Source of the DNA: an uncultured Nitrospiraceae bacterium | Lineage (GTDB): Bacteria; Nitrospirota; Thermodesulfovibrionia; Thermodesulfovibrionales; Dissulfurispiraceae | Assembly: GCA_963727805.1 (NCBI GenBank) | Contig: CAVSHF010000003.1 | Coordinates: forward strand, 1,824,001-1,888,000 | Reading direction: 5' to 3' | Length of the DNA stretch: 64,000 bases | Shown here: positions 1 through 10,751 of the stretch, piece after piece | Position numbering within the stretch: the stretch's first letter is position 1 | Layout: every line of letters starts with the position of its first letter | Position numbers and translations under genes: made by a program | Notes under the pieces: generated by a model | The model's database searches: none | The model's input: the letters and a program-made list of their open reading frames with translations, nothing else | What the model was told of the DNA's origin: nothing

Positions 1-467
1 AATACACCCACCACTTCAGGCCCGAGCATCCATTGCAGCATCCATGAGCCGTTGTGCTGTCTTTTGAGACAGACGACCGAGGCGTGACCAAAGGTGATAG
101 TGCTGTCATCAATGAAACCACATGTCAACAGCGAAAAAAGTTTCGGTAGGTAAGGAAGGTGGCCTACTAGCATTATGTTCATATCGCGGTCTCTAAGTCG
201 CTGCTCCCATTCAGAAGGATCGTCGAGAGGTCCGAGGTGATCGGTTTCCTGAACTCCCTTTCTGGGCCTAAGAAATTGCCCAAAAACACTAGCCGTCTGT
301 TTTGCACGCATTTTCTGGCTATGGTAGATAATGTCTGGGCGCACTTTAAGCCCTACGAGATACGACGCAATGTTCTTAACATTACCCAGCCCTCGTTCCG
401 AAAGGGCTTGAAATGGGTCGGCAAGTTCACTTTGTGCTTCGCCGTGACGCACGAGATAAAGAAACAT
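1..467 (-). CDS. sixA: Phosphohistidine phosphatase SixA (3' end runs off the window; absent from ORF track)
   Basis: Manual translation from ATG at 467 (GAGG SD): MFLYLVRHGEAQSELADPFQALSERG...IYHSQKMRAKQTA...MLVGHLPYL. Has the RHG, S..RA.QTA and LVGH.P histidine-phosphatase motifs. Confidence 0.9.
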   Translation of the reverse strand, partial: MFLYLVRHGEAQSELADPFQALSERGLGNVKNIASYLVGLKVRPDIIYHSQKMRAKQTASVFGQFLRPRKGVQETDHLGPLDDPSEWEQRLRDRDMNIMLVGHLPYLPKLFSLLTCGFIDDSTITFGHASVVCLKRQHNGSWMLQWMLGPEVVGV

Positions 468-524
468 CGATACCTCTGCTACCCCTTCTATAGAATCCCC
501 TTATTTAGGGTTGAACGCATGGGG

Positions 525-1016
525 TTAGATCTTGGCGAGTATCGTGTCAAGCGTCTTAAGGTTCTCGACCTTGACAATGACACCGTCCTTGGCAAGATAG
601 ATGACCTCCTTGATCTGGGCATTTCTGATCATCCTTGCGCAAAGGAGGCAGGGTTTGCCTTCTGCAGCGGAACCATCCTCCTCGGATCCTGCAATGTAAA
701 TACTCGCGTCCTTCATTCGCTCGGGGGACCCGTTGATGATAGCGTTCTGTTCAGCATGGACCGCTTCGCAGAGTTCGTAGCGCTCACCCGACGGGATGTT
801 AAGCTCCCTGCGCTTACATTTATTGAGGTCAACGCAGTTGATGGAGCCGCGCGGCGCCCCGTTGTAGCCGGTACTGACGATGACCTTGTCCTTTACTATG
901 ACCGCGCCATAACGCCTCCGCAGGCAGGTCGAGCGCGATGCGACCACCTTGGCTATCTCAATAAAATACTCGTCCCACGATGGCCTCTTGAGGGTAGTAT
1001 TTCCGTTGCCGCTCAT
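525..1016 (-). CDS. dCMP deaminase / ComEB-family zinc-dependent deaminase
   Basis: RPSWDEYF, STGYNG, HAEQNA and PCxxC motifs. Start moved to ATG 1016 (GAGG SD). Confidence 0.9.
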   Translation of the reverse strand: MSGNGNTTLKRPSWDEYFIEIAKVVASRSTCLRRRYGAVIVKDKVIVSTGYNGAPRGSINCVDLNKCKRRELNIPSGERYELCEAVHAEQNAIINGSPERMKDASIYIAGSEEDGSAAEGKPCLLCARMIRNAQIKEVIYLAKDGVIVKVENLKTLDTILAKI

Positions 1017-1029
1017 TGACCTTACCTCA

Positions 1030-3276
1030 CTAACACTTGGTAAAACCGCAGTTGTGGCACTTGGCGCAGCCTTCCTCGTGCTGGATGGTACCGCCGCATT
1101 CGGGGCAAGCACCCATTGTTATGTTATCGTTATATTTGGATTTGCCGTTGCCGTTGCCATTTTCGGCCTTAGTACCGCTCGGGATATAGTTTTCGAGGGC
1201 CTTTGCGATAGCATCGGAGCATGAAAGTATCCGACCTTCCTCGTGCCATGAGGGCTGGTGGCAGGATATGCCCTTGAGCTGTTTAACAATCTCATCGGTC
1301 TCAATGTCGGACCTGAGCGCAAGGGAGATAAGCCTTCCGATCGCCTCGGCCTGGCTCGACGCGCACCCGCCGGCCTTGCCCATGTTGGTGAAGACCTCAA
1401 AAGGCCTGCCGTTTTCGTCCTCGTTAATGGTGACATAAAGTTTGCCACATCCGGTCTTCATCAGTCGAGTTCCACCCCGGATCATCGCAGGTCTCTTTTT
1501 CGGGATGATCTTGCCTGGTTCTTGTGCCTGAGGCCGGGGCTTTTCCTCGGCTTTTTTCGTGCTGAGGACCTGCTCCTCTCTCGAACCGTCGCGGTAGACG
1601 GTAACACCTTTGCAGCCCGTCTTGTAGGCAAGGACGAAGGCCTCTTCCACATCCTTGGCTGTAGCCGCGTTGGGGAAGTTGACAGTTTTGGAGACAGCGT
1701 TATCGGTATATTTTTGGAAGGCTGCCTGCATCTTGATGTGATCGACAGGTGTGATATCGTGGGCCGTAATAAAGACCTTTCTCATTTCCTCGGGGAATTC
1801 TGTGAAATGCGCGATAGAACCTTCTTCCGCAACCTTTTCCATCAACTCCCTGGTCCATACCCCGACCTTTTTCGCCTCTTTTTCGAAAAAAGGATTGGTC
1901 TCGATAAGCTTTGTGCCTTCCATGACTGTCCTCACATAAGAAACAGCAAAGAGCGGCTCGATGCCCGAAGAACATGCCGCGATAATCGAAAGCGTGCCGG
2001 TGGGGGCGATGGTCGTCACAGTCGAGTTTCTTACTGCCATTTCGTCGTAAAAAATGCTCGTGGCATAATTGGGGAATACGCCGCGTTCTTCGGCAAGGGC
2101 GCCCGAGGCAAGCCGGCCTTCGGTCTGGATGAAGCTCATCACCTCTTCGGCAGTCTGAATCGCTTCGTCGGAGTTGTAACGGATGCCCAACTGGATCAAC
2201 ATATCGGCCCATCCCATAACACCAAGACCGATCTTCCGATTGCCTTTAGTATGCTTCTCAATCTCCTCGAGGGGGTATTTGTTCATATCGATAACATTGT
2301 CGAGGAAATGAACGGCCTTCCGGGTCGTGTCTTTGAGCTTTGCCCAGTCGACTTCGGCCCCTCTATCGGTCATTTTGACCATATGCGCAAGATTGATAGA
2401 GCCGAGATTGCAGGACTCGAATGGCAGTAGTGGCTGCTCTCCGCAGGGATTCGTCGATTCGATCTCGCCCAAAACAGGAGTGGGATTGCTGGCGTTCATC
2501 CTGTCGAGAAAGACTATGCCAGGTTCGCCGTTCTTCCACGCCTGTTTCACGATCTTGTCAAAGACCTCTCTGGCCTTCAGGGTGCTCATTATTTTTTTCG
2601 TTCTCGGATTGAGGAGGTCGTACTCCTCATCCTTCTCCACAGCCTTCATAAATCCCTCGGTTAAGCCGACAGAGATATTAAAGTTGTTAAGCTTATGACT
2701 GTTGTCCTTGCAGCTGATGAATTCGAGGACATCGGGATGGTCCACCCTAAGGAGACCCATATTGGCCCCCCTTCTGGTCCCGCCCTGCTTGACCGCCTCG
2801 GTTGCGGTATCAAAGACAGTCATAAACGATACCGGACCTGACGAAATACCCTTGGTGGAGCCGACCACGTCGCCTTTAGGCCTGAGCCGGGAGAATGAAA
2901 AGCCGGTGCCTCCTCCGGATTTATGAATGATTGCGGCGTTTTTAACACCATCGAATATTGATTCCATAGAGTCATCTACTGGAAGCACAAAGCATGCGGA
3001 GAGCTGTCCAAGCCTTCGGCCCGCGTTCATAAGCGTCGGACTGTTAGGGAGAAAATTGAGCGAGGTGATGAGTTCGTGGAACTCCTCTTCGACGTCCTTG
3101 ACCTCATCCTTCGACTTGCCGTAGGCGGCATCGGCCGACGCGACGAAGCTCGCAACCCTTTTAAAAAGGTCCTCGGCAGTCTCGATGACCTTGCCTTCCA
3201 TGTCTTTCTTCAGATACCGCTTCTCGAGGACTTTTGAAGCATTAGATGTCAAATTAAGAGTGCCTGATTTACTCAT
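1030..3276 (-). CDS. nrdJ: Class II (adenosylcobalamin-dependent) ribonucleotide reductase with C-terminal TSCPD and Zn-ribbon
   Basis: PNSPTLMNAG, LSACFV, TNPCGEQ, TIAPTGT, KGVTVYRDG motifs; C-terminal CPECG..C..CG. Confidence 0.95.
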   Translation of the reverse strand: MSKSGTLNLTSNASKVLEKRYLKKDMEGKVIETAEDLFKRVASFVASADAAYGKSKDEVKDVEEEFHELITSLNFLPNSPTLMNAGRRLGQLSACFVLPVDDSMESIFDGVKNAAIIHKSGGGTGFSFSRLRPKGDVVGSTKGISSGPVSFMTVFDTATEAVKQGGTRRGANMGLLRVDHPDVLEFISCKDNSHKLNNFNISVGLTEGFMKAVEKDEEYDLLNPRTKKIMSTLKAREVFDKIVKQAWKNGEPGIVFLDRMNASNPTPVLGEIESTNPCGEQPLLPFESCNLGSINLAHMVKMTDRGAEVDWAKLKDTTRKAVHFLDNVIDMNKYPLEEIEKHTKGNRKIGLGVMGWADMLIQLGIRYNSDEAIQTAEEVMSFIQTEGRLASGALAEERGVFPNYATSIFYDEMAVRNSTVTTIAPTGTLSIIAACSSGIEPLFAVSYVRTVMEGTKLIETNPFFEKEAKKVGVWTRELMEKVAEEGSIAHFTEFPEEMRKVFITAHDITPVDHIKMQAAFQKYTDNAVSKTVNFPNAATAKDVEEAFVLAYKTGCKGVTVYRDGSREEQVLSTKKAEEKPRPQAQEPGKIIPKKRPAMIRGGTRLMKTGCGKLYVTINEDENGRPFEVFTNMGKAGGCASSQAEAIGRLISLALRSDIETDEIVKQLKGISCHQPSWHEEGRILSCSDAIAKALENYIPSGTKAENGNGNGKSKYNDNITMGACPECGGTIQHEEGCAKCHNCGFTKC

Positions 3277-3395
3277 GATCCTCTCCCCTTTTTAAGCTCG
3301 AATTAATAAATAAGTACCGGCATAATTTTAATAATGGCGCTTTTTCAATCAGATCGTTGCGCCTGCAAAGCCCCTCATCTAGTATAATCACTGGT

Positions 3396-3423
3396 ATTAT
3401 ACCACAATATATTGTGTTGTCAA
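3396..3423 (-). promoter_or_regulatory. sigma70 promoter of nrdJ with an NrdR box as its spacer
   Basis: Minus strand TTGACA (3423-3418), 16 nt, TATAAT (3401-3396). The spacer 3402-3417 CCACAATATATTGTGT matches the NrdR consensus acaCwAtATaTwGtgt. A weaker second box lies at 3370-3385. Confidence 0.85.
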
Positions 3424-3444
3424 ATACAAAAAATAAGCCTTTGA

Positions 3445-4737
<1,293 letters not shown>

Positions 4738-4854
4738 GATACTCAAAGTTCTGATCATTACCCTTCTGCTTAAGATCATCCCGCAGACTAATCCGAATCG
4801 TGAATCGATATTTTTTTGGACGGTAGAATTATGATATACTAATTTTTTCAATTC

Positions 4855-4941
4855 GCCGGTGTGGTGGAACTGGCAGACGCGCCGGACTCAAAATCCGGTG
4901 TCCGCAAGGACGTGGGAGTTCGACCCTCCCCACCGGCACCA
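4855..4941 (+). tRNA. tRNA-Leu (anticodon CAA)
   Basis: GCCGGTG/CACCGGC acceptor stem, anticodon arm CCGGA-CTCAAAA-TCCGG, long variable arm, GTTCGAC T-loop, encoded CCA. Confidence 0.95.
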
Positions 4942-5035
4942 ATTTTTGATTCGGCTGCCCCGTGTCAGCATAGGAGGCGACACCGTCTGTGAGTCTGATC
5001 ACTGAATATATTCCTGCATCGTTTTGAAATGCAGC

Positions 5036-5470
5036 ATGAGAATAATTATTTCAGCCATGATATCCGCTTTTCTCTTTTTATCTGTTGCATCCGCCTCAGA
5101 AAAGACAACACACATCAGCGAGCCTTCATATTATAATAGAGAGCTGCTTTCGCAGATCAATCGTTACAGGCTGAGTCACGGCCTAAAGACCCTCTCTTTC
5201 GATAAAAAATTAGCAGGCCTTGCACAAGGTCACAGTGCCGAATTGCACCGGCGCGGACAACTGAATCACAACGGATTTGATCAAAGATTCAAAATGTCGG
5301 GACGCAACCTCTGTATTGAAAATGTTGGGTGGAATTATAAAACAGCGAAAGAGCAGTTTCTCGCATGGCAGAGGTCGGAAGGACATAATAAGAATATGCT
5401 GGCGAGAGACATCCAACGAGTCGGTATTGCAAAAGTAGGGACATCTGTGACGCTCTTCGCCTGTAATTAG
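5036..5470 (+). CDS. Secreted CAP/SCP-domain protein
   Basis: Signal peptide; IN.YR...GL, A..HS, ENV and W..S.GH..NML CAP motifs. Confidence 0.85.
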   Translation: MRIIISAMISAFLFLSVASASEKTTHISEPSYYNRELLSQINRYRLSHGLKTLSFDKKLAGLAQGHSAELHRRGQLNHNGFDQRFKMSGRNLCIENVGWNYKTAKEQFLAWQRSEGHNKNMLARDIQRVGIAKVGTSVTLFACN

Positions 5471-5485
5471 ACCGATTCAGGCAGC

Positions 5486-6733
5486 TCACTCTTCGAGGAC
5501 AGAATACAAGGCACGGTAGGCGGTACGATTTAATTTGTGTTTGTGTTCGGCGTCTTCTCTAAGTATCTGTAATGTTTTCTGCTGCGATAACCCTTTCCTC
5601 TTGGGCGTGCTCGTAATCAATGCTTCATACGAATCAGCAACCGTTACGATCTGGCTCAGCATATCGATGTCTTTCGCTGCAAGATTCTGTACATAGCCGC
5701 TGCCGTCAAGACGCTCGTGGTGCTGCAGCACTATTTCGTAAACATGCTGAGGCACACCCTTCAGACTTTTAATAAGATTCGCTCCTTCCAAAACGTGACT
5801 GCAGTAGTGCCTATATTCGTCAATCGAAAGATCGCCCTGTTTGTTGATGACCGGATAGGAAACAAAGACCTTGCCGATGTCATGCAGCAAGGCGCCAACT
5901 CCAAGACAATAAAGCGTCTTCTCGTCCATACCAAGGCGGGCGCCCAAGGTGATAGAAAAAATGCAGACGTTCACCGAATGCGCGCTTACACGTGAATCTA
6001 TATTCCGTATATCGACTAGGTCTTTTAAGCCATACAGGGGATGCTGTGCAAACTGTACGATGAGAGTCACAAGTCCGTATGTCTCCCGCAGCAGGATTGC
6101 AAACAGCGACTCATCTGTGTGGCTGTTCAGAAATTTGCTTAAGCGACATCTCAATAATTCCTGTCTTATGTGAAGCAATCGTTTTTCCGTGCAGAATTCC
6201 TTTTCTGCATCAATCACGCGGTGCAGATATTCCTCATATTTCGGCGCATCTTCACCTTTTATGACAATGTCCGCGTTCAGTCCCATTAGGGCTTTCAGCA
6301 TTTGTTCTGAAATATGATTACTCATAAGTGGGATGCCTCCGTAAATGGGATAGCGCATACCTCCTATTTCAAAGTTGATATCTGCCAATGGGGAGAGTAA
6401 GGTTTTATCTATATAGCTATGCTTTCTTTTGTATTCTGAATATTCAATGAACATAACGCTGTCATCCTTTATCATCCTGCCTAATTTTTCGGCATGACTG
6501 AGATATTCGTTAAAATTCAGATTATTGGCGTTTTTTATGTAAAATCGTGTAAGCCCTTGACGGTGTATGATCTCTTTTGCAAAAACGTTGAATATAAATC
6601 CTTTATCGAAGAGGGATTTTTTGAAGCCACCATCATCGGTAAAGACCTCAAAAGGAATGGCATGTCCCTCAACTAGTCTATCAAGCGTTATCGGGACATA
6701 CTGTTCTATTTCCTCGATAAAGTATCTCTTCAT
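5486..6733 (-). CDS. HD-GYP domain protein (putative cyclic di-nucleotide phosphodiesterase)
   Basis: HSVNV, LLHDIGK, QHHERLDGSGY(V), ADSYEA motifs. Confidence 0.85.
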   Translation of the reverse strand: MKRYFIEEIEQYVPITLDRLVEGHAIPFEVFTDDGGFKKSLFDKGFIFNVFAKEIIHRQGLTRFYIKNANNLNFNEYLSHAEKLGRMIKDDSVMFIEYSEYKRKHSYIDKTLLSPLADINFEIGGMRYPIYGGIPLMSNHISEQMLKALMGLNADIVIKGEDAPKYEEYLHRVIDAEKEFCTEKRLLHIRQELLRCRLSKFLNSHTDESLFAILLRETYGLVTLIVQFAQHPLYGLKDLVDIRNIDSRVSAHSVNVCIFSITLGARLGMDEKTLYCLGVGALLHDIGKVFVSYPVINKQGDLSIDEYRHYCSHVLEGANLIKSLKGVPQHVYEIVLQHHERLDGSGYVQNLAAKDIDMLSQIVTVADSYEALITSTPKRKGLSQQKTLQILREDAEHKHKLNRTAYRALYSVLEE

Positions 6734-6883
6734 GATTTCGTCCGGTTATGTCAGCCACTCACTAATAGTATTCATCCTGCTGAATTATTTCCTACTGAAT
6801 TATATCACGCTATGATATATGGTTTGTGAAGACTCAACTTTCTGCGTGATAAAACGATTATAATTAGAAAAGGCTTCTAGATT

Positions 6884-7693
6884 ATGAACATGTTCATTAT
6901 CGATAACGAACTCGCTATACGCCTTGGGTGTTTCTTTGGCGTTTTTATCGCCATGGGCGTCTGGGAATTGCTTGCGCCGAAACGCACGCTCACCTCGCCA
7001 AAAAGGCGCCGGTGGATCAGCAACCTTTTTTTAACCCTTCTCAATTCTTTGGTTGTGAGGATATTTTTTCCTGCTGCTGCGGTCGGAATGGCGTTCATGA
7101 GCGAATGGAGCGGGTGGGGGATCTTCAATATACTGCGGGTGCCTTCCATGCTCGCGGGGATCATGTCGCTTCTCCTTCTCGACCTCACGATATATGCTCA
7201 GCATGTCTCGTTTCACAGGCTAAAGCTTTTTTGGCGTCTTCATATGATGCATCATACCGACCTTGACATCGACGTGACGACAGGTGCCCGGTTTCATACG
7301 TTCGAAATAATCCTCTCGATGGAGATTAAGATGGTGATCGTTATCCTGCTCGGGGCCCCCGCATGGTCTGTTCTTCTCTTTGAAGTACTGCTCAACGCCA
7401 CATCTATGTTTAATCACAGCAATGTCCGTATGGCTGCCCACACCGATAAATTTCTGAGAATGTTCGTAGTCACTCCCGACATGCACCGGGTGCACCATTC
7501 GGTCATCATTGGAGAAATGAACAGCAATTTCGGCTTCAATTTCCCCTGGTGGGATAGGCTTTTCGCGACGTATCGCGATCAACCCGTTGAAGGGCATGAG
7601 GCTATGATAATCGGACTGCCAAATTATCAGGACAAAAAATATCTCACCTTACCGTGGATGCTCGCGGTCCCATTTCTTGGGAAAACCAGGTAG
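6884..7693 (+). CDS. Sterol desaturase / fatty-acid hydroxylase family membrane protein
   Basis: His boxes HVSFH, HMMHH, HRVHH; NFG..WWDRLF. Confidence 0.85.
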   Translation: MNMFIIDNELAIRLGCFFGVFIAMGVWELLAPKRTLTSPKRRRWISNLFLTLLNSLVVRIFFPAAAVGMAFMSEWSGWGIFNILRVPSMLAGIMSLLLLDLTIYAQHVSFHRLKLFWRLHMMHHTDLDIDVTTGARFHTFEIILSMEIKMVIVILLGAPAWSVLLFEVLLNATSMFNHSNVRMAAHTDKFLRMFVVTPDMHRVHHSVIIGEMNSNFGFNFPWWDRLFATYRDQPVEGHEAMIIGLPNYQDKKYLTLPWMLAVPFLGKTR

Positions 7694-7712
7694 TGCCGAC
7701 TGGAGCGGAATG

Positions 7713-7904
7713 CTACTCCTCAACGGTTATCGCTTCGACGGGGCAGTTCTCTTCAGCAGCTTCGCAGCAGCCGACGAAGTCGCAGGCATCAGGATCGATC
7801 ACTTCAGATTTCCCGGTCATTTCATTGAGATAAAAGACCGCCGGGCATATCTCCATGCACCTACCGCAGCCGATGCAAATATCTTCGTCCACCATGACGT
7901 TCAT
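7713..7904 (-). CDS. Small single-cluster ferredoxin
   Basis: CIGCGRC...CP and C-terminal CPVEAI; ATGA overlap with upstream gene. Confidence 0.85.
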   Translation of the reverse strand: MNVMVDEDICIGCGRCMEICPAVFYLNEMTGKSEVIDPDACDFVGCCEAAEENCPVEAITVEE

Positions 7905-8842
7905 TGCAGTCCCTCAATAATAATAGCCGCCAGTAGGGGGAACATGATCTCGTGGTGTCCGGTAAGAGCATAACACTGTCCCTTCCCGATCGTCGGTCTC
8001 TTGAGGACGTTCTGTTGCGGACGGTAATGCTGAATGAAATCCATGTTAACGGTTGTGAATTCTTCCACTTTGTGGCCAAGATTTCGCGCCACAGTCAGGG
8101 CCTTGAGAAATACCTCCGGTAAGACAACGGCAGAGCCGAGGTTGATGTAGACACCTCCCTCAAGATCAGCGACTACCGATGAGAGCAGCCTGAAGTCTCT
8201 GAGGCTTCCTTCGCCGATAGAAGCGCCGTCTGCTTCGGGGTGCATATGGATGATATCGGAGCCGATGGCGACATGCACTGTTGCCGGTATTTCAAGCTTG
8301 AAAGCCTCCCTGAAGATGCTCCTATCCCTGTTAGGGAAGTCCGAAGCGTCGATAAATTGTCCCATGGAGCGGCCTATGCCGAGTCCATTACGCACACCCT
8401 CTGTAATAGCTCGGTTGATCAACTGGCCAGTCTCCCTCCCCATGCCGAAACTCCCGGTGCACAATTCACGGGCAACATCTTCGGATGTCTGGCCCATAAA
8501 TGCTATCTCGAAATCGTGGACGATAGAGGCCCCATTCGAGGCGAACGCCGTGACAATGCCCTGCTTCATAAGATCAATGATGAGGGGCGAAAGACCCACT
8601 TTAATGGGATGCGCCCCCATTCCAAGTATTACAGGTCTTTGATTATTTCTGGCCGAAATGACCGCACCGGCAACTGTCTTAAGATCCTTTGCAGCAAGAA
8701 AATCGGGTAGCGCTCCGACAAACTCAGCAAAACTCCTTCCCTTGGTATGAGAACTGGCTGAAGCATCGATAGAAACAGTGCTCAGTCTCTCCCTTACCGA
8801 ATAAGTCTTTATGCTGGTGACGTCTATTTGCCTGTATTTCAA
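7901..8842 (-). CDS. Uncharacterised deoxyhypusine-synthase-like (DHS-fold) protein
   Basis: MGAHPIKVG, NGA..HDFE, VHVAIGSDI.H.HP, GSAVVLPEVFLKA, GHHEIM. TTG start at 8842 after GGAGG. Confidence 0.65.
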   Translation of the reverse strand: MKYRQIDVTSIKTYSVRERLSTVSIDASASSHTKGRSFAEFVGALPDFLAAKDLKTVAGAVISARNNQRPVILGMGAHPIKVGLSPLIIDLMKQGIVTAFASNGASIVHDFEIAFMGQTSEDVARELCTGSFGMGRETGQLINRAITEGVRNGLGIGRSMGQFIDASDFPNRDRSIFREAFKLEIPATVHVAIGSDIIHMHPEADGASIGEGSLRDFRLLSSVVADLEGGVYINLGSAVVLPEVFLKALTVARNLGHKVEEFTTVNMDFIQHYRPQQNVLKRPTIGKGQCYALTGHHEIMFPLLAAIIIEGLQ

Positions 8843-8977
8843 TTCATTACCTCCGGAAACTCTGCGGACTCTCCGTCGAAAGTCCTTAAATTGTAGCACA
8901 AATATTGATTTTATGGCACCATATATGCTATTTTTATGTCTTATTAAATACGTCGCAGATTACAGGAGGAACAACCA

Positions 8978-9268
8978 TTGGCAGGAAAAGCGGCACCTAA
9001 AAAGAACCCTTCGGCACTCAAGCGGGTCAGACAGTCTGAGAAGCTCGGCCTGCGTAACCAGTCCAGGAAGGCAGAGATAAAGACCCTCGAAAAGAAGCTT
9101 GAGTCGACAACGCCATCAATATCAAAAGAAGAGGTCGAAAAGCAGGTGAAGAATGCCGTCAAAATCATCGCCGGCGCGGCATCAAAGGGGATTATCCACA
9201 AAAACACAGCTGCAAGGAAGATCTCGAAGATTGCCAAGCTAGCGAACACGATCGGCAAAAAGGTCTAA
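8978..9268 (+). CDS. rpsT: 30S ribosomal protein S20
   Basis: SALKRVRQS, KGIIHKNTAARKIS; TTG start with GGAGG SD. Confidence 0.95.
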   Translation: MAGKAAPKKNPSALKRVRQSEKLGLRNQSRKAEIKTLEKKLESTTPSISKEEVEKQVKNAVKIIAGAASKGIIHKNTAARKISKIAKLANTIGKKV

Positions 9269-9274
9269 TAACAC

Positions 9275-10180
9275 CTAGATTTTTAAAAGTTTAACAAGCA
9301 AGTCTTCCATGACATGGCTGTGGGATGTCTTCACAGCCATATCTGCTTCATGGAGCAGAGTAAATACCCTGTCGAGCTTCTTTTTATCCAGCCCCTGCAT
9401 TTTTGCCCTCGCATAACTGCTCGAATACTGCCAGTTGAGCGCGCCCATCAGCATCTGTGGTTCCATAGTCCGGCTGATATTCTCATAAATCCTGAAGACT
9501 GCCGCTGCATCCTTTTTAGTCAGGGCGTTAGTGAGATCAAAGGCGCCGTATTCGGCACCCGCGTAGACCACGCCCCTTAGCTCATCGATATCGACTACAC
9601 GAGCTTCTTCGCTTGACGAGAATTTTTCGATCTCAGCATGGAGCATGCCTAGATCCGTTCCTGCGAAACTGATGAGACATTCCAGTGCCGCAGAAGTGAA
9701 GGACAGTCTTTTTTTTGCAGCCCTCTCTTTGATCCATACGGGAATCTCGCGTTCGCTAACACTGAGTGATATCGTCTTCAGATTCTTCATATGTGAAGGT
9801 TCGAATATATCCGGATTGGTCCCCTCAAAAATCATTATGAGCAGGGTAGAGGGGGAAGGGTTTTTCAGGTACTCGCCAAACTTCTGCGCCTCTTTTTTGG
9901 TCCACTTTTGTATGTTCCGGAGAACGAGGGTCTTTCTCTGGGCAAGAAAGGGCAAGGTGTTCAGGATGTCGATTATCTTCTCAGATGGGAGCTTCTCATC
10001 CGAAGAGGCGATATCGATGGTCTCAAAATTGAACAGGGCGGGGTCCTGAAACAGCCCTTTCAATACTATAATCGATTCATAAAGAAGGAAACTCTCCGTT
10101 GAATGCAGAAGATAAACGGGCGATGAGAACCCCTTCTCACTTTCCTGCTGGAACTGTCTGAGGCTCAATTGTCGACTCAC
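9275..10180 (-). CDS. holA: DNA polymerase III delta subunit
   Basis: PVYLLH.E..L, TLPF, E.EK motifs; conserved leuS-lptE-holA-rpsT synteny. Confidence 0.85.
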   Translation of the reverse strand: MSRQLSLRQFQQESEKGFSSPVYLLHSTESFLLYESIIVLKGLFQDPALFNFETIDIASSDEKLPSEKIIDILNTLPFLAQRKTLVLRNIQKWTKKEAQKFGEYLKNPSPSTLLIMIFEGTNPDIFEPSHMKNLKTISLSVSEREIPVWIKERAAKKRLSFTSAALECLISFAGTDLGMLHAEIEKFSSSEEARVVDIDELRGVVYAGAEYGAFDLTNALTKKDAAAVFRIYENISRTMEPQMLMGALNWQYSSSYARAKMQGLDKKKLDRVFTLLHEADMAVKTSHSHVMEDLLVKLLKI

Positions 10181-10751
10181 CTCTCTTTTCTGTACTTTTC
10201 TTTCCGGTGCTCTCAGAGGGCGCGGTCTTTGCCGGCCTTTTGTATATCATGCGCCTTGCTAGTTCCTGACTCAGATCTCGCAGCGCGCTCTCCGTAGCCA
10301 CTTCTTTCTGGGCGAGAACGCTAACAAGCGCACCCGACGATCTGAAATAAGTGATAAACGGAGAAGAGACGTTGGCTAGGGGCTCCTTTTTCTGCGTCTG
10401 TACGTCAATAATAATAAAATTCGCCACAATAGTAATCTGATATTCAATAGCCGTAAGAGATTTCTCAGAAACTGGTATGAGAGCGAACTTCTCTATCGAG
10501 CCTTCAATTTTGTACCTAGCGGAGGGTCTCACGTCAATCCCATATTCCATAAGCGTCTCGGCGAGAAGCCTGCTCATTCTGTCCTGCAACTTAGGCTCTA
10601 CGGTCGTGTTCTGAATCGTACCGAGAGATACGGTTTCGAAAGGGAGATCTGCCCTTCCCTGAAGAGTGTATCCGCAGCCCGATGCAAGTGCAGCAACCAA
10701 AAGAGAGATGATCAATCCAATTCTCACGAGCCGAGTCCTCCATTTATTCAT
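10137..10751 (-). CDS. lptE: LPS-assembly lipoprotein LptE
   Basis: Lipobox LASGC followed by GY; position between leuS and holA. Confidence 0.8.
   Translation of the reverse strand: MNKWRTRLVRIGLIISLLVAALASGCGYTLQGRADLPFETVSLGTIQNTTVEPKLQDRMSRLLAETLMEYGIDVRPSARYKIEGSIEKFALIPVSEKSLTAIEYQITIVANFIIIDVQTQKKEPLANVSSPFITYFRSSGALVSVLAQKEVATESALRDLSQELARRMIYKRPAKTAPSESTGKKSTEKRGESTIEPQTVPAGK

Noticed and set aside
237..2430. Long plus-strand ORFs 237-1019 and 1258-2430 (also 37571-38830, 21054-21977, 22880-23827, 59835-60632)
   Set aside because: Antisense shadows of well-supported genes; no motifs.
4855..7900. tRNA-Leu as an integration site for an island
   Set aside because: No integrase and no duplicated tRNA 3' end seen downstream.
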